Positions 58,698-64,000 of a stretch of 64,000 nucleotides of DNA are shown here, piece after piece. This DNA comes from a virus. The stretch spans positions 192,290-256,289 of the IMG/VR virus record IMGVR_UViG_3300050156_000143, one strand, 5' to 3'. A program made the position numbers and the translations under genes. Each line of letters starts with the position of its first letter. Position 1 is the first letter of the stretch. The notes under the pieces were generated by a model. That model did no database searches. It was not told the origin of the DNA and was given only the letters and a program-made list of their open reading frames with translations.

Positions 58698-59101
58698 GTG
58701 ACCACAATCATGGTTACTATCATCGGGAATAGGCCCACATGAGCCTGGAATCATTGTTGAAAATCAAGCCCTCTACGTGTATGTGGCAGACCAAGCGATC
58801 CGACGCTGTACTCAGATGACTACCCCTTTGATGAAGGGATGCCTAAAATGCGCCTACCCATGTAGGTTAGCGTTTCGTCTGTTTTAATGGTTTGATCCGA
58901 GCAATCGGACTTCAAGAAAGTTGTCTCAACAATGTTGAACAACTATGCCGCGTCATGGTAATAGCGAAAGAGGGCGCGGGCTAGGCCAGACTACTCCACA
59001 ATGTAATGTCTGGTTATTAGCGGGATATAGAAGATTTCTGTTTCATACAGTTGGTGCGATATAGTCAACCCTCCACCTTAAAATCTTAACATTGTGGTCG
59101 C
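58698..59101 (+). ncRNA. candidate large structured non-coding RNA (family unassigned)
   Basis: ORF-free; TATACT at 58684; 11-bp closing stem; nested long-range stems and hairpins with G-U wobbles consistent with the + strand. Confidence 0.6.
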
Positions 59102-59400
59102 CAAGGGGTGTTAGTGATTGATGCGCCCCCGCTCACTGCATGTGTGCAGTTTTCTGGTGTCTATTAATTTAGACATCTACTCGCTCTATGCACTCTTGCA
59201 TGTGATGTACTTTATTCTTATAAATTTAAAATTGATGGTGTAGATGAGCGCAGCGAAGCAAGCGATTAGGAACCATCAATTTATGGTGTCTCGTTAGAGA
59301 CCCATCACCAAACATAGTCTCTAAATAAAGGTCATGAGACTCCTTAAAACTTATAGTAAAAATGTTCTAGGCCGATGTGGGAATCGGGTAGGAATTTGAT

Positions 59401-60030
59401 ATGCAAATTGTTCTGCCATTAGTCAAGAAACCTGTGGTGTATCACGTGGGAACAATGGATAGATCAAGGCATCAGTCCGGTAGCCATGAAGGTAGTGGTT
59501 TATCAGTCAGCACTGAGCCTTCGGCATGGAACAAAATTAATGGTTCACATGGCGTATTGTGGAAATTGTCCAGTCCATCTGCTAAATTTGTGAATGCCCA
59601 TAAACTATCGCCTGACACCAAGACCGCCATTGTTCATTGGGGTGTAGAACATGGGTTTGTCAATATGGCTGTTCAATATGAGTTGCAATATTTTGATGCC
59701 GATGAGGGCGAAACGTTTTCGATGATGTTTGCCACTCGTGAGGAAGCAGAATTGGAAACACCTGATTGGGTTGATCCAAATGATGTCCGAATCCATCAGA
59801 CTACCGGTGTTCCGGTTGCCACTCAAAAGTTAAAAATCGCATGTAACAATTCATGTCCGGTTGGGATGGTGTTTGACATGTTACTGACAGTGTTTGCAGA
59901 ATCGGCTGGATATGATGGCGTATGGTGGGCCGATAAACTAGATGTGTCTCGGTATTCTGCGCCACGTGGCGTTATTTTTAATTCAAAACTGTCCTCCTGG
60001 GATATCACCAATACTGGGACAACTTTTTGA
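59401..60030 (+). CDS. hypothetical protein, possible ADP-ribosyltransferase-like fold
   Basis: VYHVGT...GLSVS..P, GYDGVWW; TAAATA 59322. Confidence 0.45.
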   Translation: MQIVLPLVKKPVVYHVGTMDRSRHQSGSHEGSGLSVSTEPSAWNKINGSHGVLWKLSSPSAKFVNAHKLSPDTKTAIVHWGVEHGFVNMAVQYELQYFDADEGETFSMMFATREEAELETPDWVDPNDVRIHQTTGVPVATQKLKIACNNSCPVGMVFDMLLTVFAESAGYDGVWWADKLDVSRYSAPRGVIFNSKLSSWDITNTGTTF

Positions 60031-60052
60031 GTATTTTCAGATAACTATTTGA

Positions 60053-60808
60053 ATGAACTTAGAACAGCTTAAACAAGATTTGTTTACACAGTTGAGATAC
60101 CGTTTGGGCGACGGTATGATCGACATTGAGCTTGATCCTGAACACTATGAGACTGCATTGCGGTATGCAATCAATACTTACCGTCAACGTGCGCAAAACT
60201 CTACTGAAGAATCGTATACATTGGTTACCCTACTGGAAAACCACAATACTTACACTTTGCCTGACAGTTTTGTTAACGTTAGAACCATTTTCAGGCGCAC
60301 TGTGGGGTTAACTGCGGGTGCAGGATCAGCTAGTGCATTTGATCCATTTTCTAGTGCAGCAATCAACACATATTTGCTCAATTATAGTAATGCAGGTGGG
60401 CTTGCAACGTATGAAATGTATTCTGGGTACGTGGAGTTGACCGCTAGAATGTTTGGTGGATATATCAATTTTGCATTCAATCCTGTGACCAAAGAGTTAA
60501 AAATGATTCGAGACTTTAAGTCATCGGGTGAACAAGTTTTGATTCATGGTGAGATGCAACGTCCTATTGAACATTTGCTCACCCATCCGACTATTGGTGT
60601 TTGGATCACTGACTGGACTATGAGTGTACTGAAGATAATGTTGGGAGAAGCTCGGGAAAAATTCGCGTCTATAGCTGGGCCAGGTGGTGGAACATCATTA
60701 AACGGTGCGGCCATGAAGGCAGAGGGTTTCAAAATGCAAGAAACGTTGCTGCAAGATTTGAAAAACTACACCGATGGTTCTCAACCGCTTGGGTTTTTGA
60801 TTGGATAA
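60053..60808 (+). CDS. neck / head-tail adaptor protein (T4 gp13-like)
   Basis: RLGDGMIDIELD..H, LGEAREKFASIAGP.GGTSLNG..MK.E. Confidence 0.8.
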   Translation: MNLEQLKQDLFTQLRYRLGDGMIDIELDPEHYETALRYAINTYRQRAQNSTEESYTLVTLLENHNTYTLPDSFVNVRTIFRRTVGLTAGAGSASAFDPFSSAAINTYLLNYSNAGGLATYEMYSGYVELTARMFGGYINFAFNPVTKELKMIRDFKSSGEQVLIHGEMQRPIEHLLTHPTIGVWITDWTMSVLKIMLGEAREKFASIAGPGGGTSLNGAAMKAEGFKMQETLLQDLKNYTDGSQPLGFLIG

Positions 60809-60811
60809 TTC

Positions 60812-61393
60812 ATGAAAATATGCGAAGTAATCGCCCCTGGGCGCACTGGGCATGACAGGTTTTGGTCATGGTTCAACGGTTCAAAAATAGTGGATAAAAC
60901 GGGTGATCCCATTGGTTGTTATCATGGGACAGGTCATCAATTTGACCGCTTTCGGGTGAGCGATAAAGGGTGGACACAAGGGACAATTTGGTTTTCATTG
61001 TCACCAACCATTGCCAGTGGATATGCCGGGGGCAAGTACGAATTTGATATTAACCCTGGGGGTAATGTTAGACCATGTTTTTTGCGAGTGGTTCGTCCAT
61101 ATGTGATTGATGCCAAAGGCAAATATTGGAACGAAATCCATAGCAAAAAGATCGCCAAATATTATGATCAGGCAGGCCACATCGATGACGAACTGTTCAC
61201 CACAGATGATATAGCAAGGTATGCCAAGGATACCAATCATGATGGGGTGATTATTCGTAACGTAGTTGATCCATCCCTTGGTGGGCACCATGTTCCTAGC
61301 ACTGTAGTAGCAGTTTTTAGGCAAGATCAAGTCGCTGGGGCGTTCACGTTGGACACGGAGAGAGAACACGGTCAAATGGAACTTGATCTCTAA
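60812..61393 (+). CDS. ADP-ribosyltransferase-like (ART-PolyVal-type) protein
   Basis: SKIVD..G.P...YHGT, WFS.SP..AS.YA, GGNV.PCFL...P, HDGVI. Confidence 0.6.
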   Translation: MKICEVIAPGRTGHDRFWSWFNGSKIVDKTGDPIGCYHGTGHQFDRFRVSDKGWTQGTIWFSLSPTIASGYAGGKYEFDINPGGNVRPCFLRVVRPYVIDAKGKYWNEIHSKKIAKYYDQAGHIDDELFTTDDIARYAKDTNHDGVIIRNVVDPSLGGHHVPSTVVAVFRQDQVAGAFTLDTEREHGQMELDL

Positions 61394-61463
61394 CCGTGAG
61401 TGTGCATTGTGAACAACAAAATGGTGCTATGATGGGCACCAATGTTTTTTATGGGGGGGTGTC

Positions 61464-61664
61464 GTGGACGAATCGAGACTGGCCGATATTTTGAGAGGAT
61501 TTTCTATTGGAGACCGGGTGCAAGTTGGTGAATATGGGGTTGGGACTATTATACAGATAACCAATAACCTCTATCTTGTTAGATACATAGATAAACCATG
61601 TTGGTGGACTTTTCCATATTGGAATCATGTCAGCAAATTGACCCATTATTATGAGCCACAATGA
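61464..61664 (+). CDS. small SH3/KOW-like paralogue
   Basis: MDESRLADILRGFSIGDRV. Confidence 0.55.
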   Translation: MDESRLADILRGFSIGDRVQVGEYGVGTIIQITNNLYLVRYIDKPCWWTFPYWNHVSKLTHYYEPQ

Positions 61665-62127
61665 CCAAACTGTTTGGTATCACGGTACTTACCACGATTT
61701 TGAACAATTTGATTTGAAATTTACTGGCCAACGTGGCATGAAGTCTTGTGCGATTTGGTTCACATCATCACCCCAGGTGGCAAGTGATTATGCCATGTGT
61801 GGGTATTCTGATAAGGTGTTTGATGACGATGCTGTGAAACATCGTTATATCAAAATGGGCGGTAACGTTAGGCAATGTTTGCTCACCTTGTCTCGACCAA
61901 TGGTTTTAGATGCGGGCGGGGCACTGTGGACACGTGTTCCTTTTGCTGACCAGTATGGCACCCCCCAGATAAAGACTATCGCTGAGTGCAGCGAATGTGC
62001 TAGACTGGTGGGACACGATTCGATGATCGTTGAAAACGTTGTGGATGTTTCTACGGGTGGGAAGAAAATTGCTAGCACAGTGGCAGCAGTGTTTTCCCAC
62101 ACTTTGATAACCAGTTTGTATGAATGA
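61651..62127 (+). CDS. ART-PolyVal-type protein, paralogue of 60812
   Basis: WYHGT..DFEQF, IWFTSSP.VAS.YA, GGNVRQC.L, GHDS.I..NVVD, STVAAVF. Confidence 0.6.
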   Translation: MSHNDQTVWYHGTYHDFEQFDLKFTGQRGMKSCAIWFTSSPQVASDYAMCGYSDKVFDDDAVKHRYIKMGGNVRQCLLTLSRPMVLDAGGALWTRVPFADQYGTPQIKTIAECSECARLVGHDSMIVENVVDVSTGGKKIASTVAAVFSHTLITSLYE

Positions 62128-62140
62128 GGGGTTATGTCAA

Positions 62141-62359
62141 ATGGACGAATGTGATTTGGCTGATATGTTAATTGGTTCGTTTCAACGAGGTGACCTGGTG
62201 AGTGCTCACGGTGTTGTTGGAACATTCCTGTGGTATTCTGTTAGCGGCAAAGATGCCTATATTGAGTTCAAAATTCAGGATGGGCCGATAACCCATCAAT
62301 ATAGATATATCCCAATTTCATCGGTTAAACGTGTTTGGGGAAATGATGCACAAATTTGA
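62141..62359 (+). CDS. small SH3/KOW-like paralogue
   Basis: MDECDLADMLIGSFQRGDLV. Confidence 0.55.
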   Translation: MDECDLADMLIGSFQRGDLVSAHGVVGTFLWYSVSGKDAYIEFKIQDGPITHQYRYIPISSVKRVWGNDAQI

Positions 62360-62699
62360 ACCACAAGATGTTATTCAGGTTGTTCCCACTTTGGAATCTC
62401 CCTGTGATGCCTTTATTGGCGAGTTTGTGGGATACAGTGACGATGATTCTGGTAACACGGTCGTCTTAATTGTGGCGAATGGTGTTCAACACGGTGTTCC
62501 ACCAGAGTGGTGTACGTATTTCGGGAGAGTTTTCAAAGTATGGATTATTGAGAGTGAATTGGGATATGGCCAGAAGGTAGTCGAGACCAAAACATTCAAT
62601 TCTCGATTGCTGGCCGACCAGTTTGTGAAGCAGTTTAATTCAGAGAATTGCGAAGACTCTGTGCCAGATTGGTACATGTATGCCGAGGTGGTGGAATGA
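62343..62699 (+). CDS. hypothetical protein
   Basis: IESELGYGQKV...F...N...VPDWYMYA. Confidence 0.55.
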   Translation: MMHKFEPQDVIQVVPTLESPCDAFIGEFVGYSDDDSGNTVVLIVANGVQHGVPPEWCTYFGRVFKVWIIESELGYGQKVVETKTFNSRLLADQFVKQFNSENCEDSVPDWYMYAEVVE

Positions 62700-62959
62700 C
62701 CGATGTAGACAATTTGATTCGCACTTTGCGAGGCGATTTTCAACCGGGTGATATGGTTAACATCGTTTCCGTCCCATTCGCTCGGTATGAATACTATTCG
62801 GTTGGGGAGTGTGGTGAAATACGGTTCCTGGAAGACTACGGTGGTGTGAAGTTCGCATTCGTACACCGGTTTTCTCGACATCATTCTTCTTATCTGCCCG
62901 ACAACGTGTATGTGCGTGTTCAGGACTTGATTTACTATTATGGGGATAACGATGTCTGA
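62696..62959 (+). CDS. small SH3/KOW-like paralogue
   Basis: LIRTLRGDFQPGDMV. Confidence 0.55.
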   Translation: MTDVDNLIRTLRGDFQPGDMVNIVSVPFARYEYYSVGECGEIRFLEDYGGVKFAFVHRFSRHHSSYLPDNVYVRVQDLIYYYGDNDV

Positions 62960-63188
62960 AAGTGATATTGCCGATGTACTGAGAGGTGGGTTCCAGATTG
63001 GGGATTATGTTGTGGTCAATCATGATTTCGAGCAATGCGGAGCACAAGAGATTGGGCGTGTTGATAGTACCACATTGGACGAATCTGGCGTTTCTTGTGT
63101 CGTTGTGCGTGTGGAGATCGCTGGCGGTTCGTATTGGAGTTATTCGATGCCCACTTCAAACTTGAGTTATTATTACCGGGATAATTGA
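62952..63188 (+). CDS. small SH3/KOW-like paralogue
   Basis: MSESDIADVLRGGFQIGDYV. Confidence 0.55.
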   Translation: MSESDIADVLRGGFQIGDYVVVNHDFEQCGAQEIGRVDSTTLDESGVSCVVVRVEIAGGSYWSYSMPTSNLSYYYRDN

Positions 63189-63189
63189 T

Positions 63190-63417
63190 ATGGACGATTT
63201 AGAAATTGCTAGCATTTTGAGAGGGCCGTTCTCAGGCGGTGATTGGGTCAGGGTGAAGCAGGGAATACGCCACGGGGACATTGGCCAGATTGTCGGCCCG
63301 CGAGTAGGTCGATTTCACTATTGGGTTCGTTTCCAACGCAATCCAAAAATTATCAAAAATTATGGTGGGCATCGATCCATCGAATTTGGAGTATTACTAT
63401 CCAGACACCCAAATTGA
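63190..63417 (+). CDS. small SH3/KOW-like paralogue
   Basis: MDDLEIASILRGPFSGGDWVRV..G...GDIG. Confidence 0.55.
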   Translation: MDDLEIASILRGPFSGGDWVRVKQGIRHGDIGQIVGPRVGRFHYWVRFQRNPKIIKNYGGHRSIEFGVLLSRHPN

Positions 63418-63425
63418 ACAAAAAA

Positions 63426-63707
63426 ATGACTAGCATGTATTTTACAATTTCGCCGTCAACCGGGGAGACCATCCTTGACCACACGACCGACGATATCGAT
63501 GAACAATTTGCTGCAACTGTGAGCAAAGCGGTTGGTTCATTTTTGTCTAACCATAAAACCAGCGTGGAATACCAAACCATGACACCTGCTGCTTATGCTG
63601 AGTTCTTGGATGGAGAATATGGAATCACATACTGCGACACTGGTGTGTTGGTGGACTGTGACGACCCATCTTTTGGTAATTTCGTGGAAAGGTTTGGGAA
63701 ACCATGA
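63426..63707 (+). CDS. hypothetical protein
   Basis: in-frame ATG 63426; ATGA overlap with next ORF. Confidence 0.45.
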   Translation: MTSMYFTISPSTGETILDHTTDDIDEQFAATVSKAVGSFLSNHKTSVEYQTMTPAAYAEFLDGEYGITYCDTGVLVDCDDPSFGNFVERFGKP

Positions 63708-63985
63708 CAGAACATTCTGAAGTCTATATTGCAAGCCAACTTCGAGGATTTGTTCAGGGTGATCAAGTTGAGTTTGTTGATCTTCCATCGGGGATGCTAA
63801 GTGATATGGCGGTGCAGGGCGTGTACCACGATGAAGGTGATCTAGCCTTAACTGGTCGGTTGTGGTCGGAATATCAACGTCTTTCGCATGTGGGGGCTGG
63901 GACAACTTTGTTTATGCGGAACCGAGTTTGGGAATATATCACGTATTGGCGTGATCCCGTGGATGTGCAACACGTTTACGAATAG
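63704..63985 (+). CDS. small SH3/KOW-like paralogue
   Basis: IASQLRGFVQGDQV. Confidence 0.5.
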   Translation: MTEHSEVYIASQLRGFVQGDQVEFVDLPSGMLSDMAVQGVYHDEGDLALTGRLWSEYQRLSHVGAGTTLFMRNRVWEYITYWRDPVDVQHVYE

Positions 63986-64000
63986 AGAAAACATATGAAA

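Noticed and set aside
58698..59103. tmRNA, RNase P or tRNA identity for the structured region (closing stem is followed by CCA)
   Set aside because: No T-arm GTTCRA motif before the CCA, no tmRNA 5' GGGG..GA..GG.TTCGAC, and no RNase P GAGGAAAGTCC motif.
59334..59399. 21-codon ORF after TAAATA 59322 as a frameshifted N-terminus of 59401
   Set aside because: An in-frame TAG lies upstream of 59401 and no slippery site is evident; cannot be supported.
1..64000. Stop-codon reassignment (alternative genetic code)
   Set aside because: Conserved genes are full-length in the standard code with tight packing; TGA and TAA end many genes, and although TAG stops are rare no conserved gene is interrupted by one.

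Overview
A 64 kb segment of a large lytic tailed phage, probably a jumbo myovirus with distant T4-like (Rak2/GAP32-like) organisation. It is densely packed and mostly + strand. I recognised no rRNA, tRNA or CRISPR array. Recognisable genes cover replication (primase, DnaB/gp41-like helicase, a ~200-aa mini DnaE-like protein, PD-(D/E)xK exonuclease), virion structure (gp13-, gp14- and gp15-like proteins, a fibre protein), proteostasis (Hsp20, ClpS, ClpP, ClpA) and a Ter-like stress cluster (vWA, TerC/DUF475, TerD). RNA and nucleotide enzymes include Rnl1, Rnl2, a truncated class II aaRS, NUDIX, MazG-like, HD, NYN, a YafQ/RelE-like toxin and ART-like proteins. There is also a solo TnpB lacking a canonical RuvC-I motif, plus many small hypothetical paralogues. 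The most notable unexplained signals are: (1) a ~400-600 nt ORF-free, highly base-paired + strand RNA candidate at 58698-59305; (2) eight late promoters with an invariant TAAATA-N4-ATG spacing, implying leaderless mRNAs; (3) a ROSE-like RNA thermometer before hsp20; (4) the minimal C-family polymerase; (5) a ClpS with a remodelled N-degron pocket. All family calls come from motifs recognised by eye, not from database searches.
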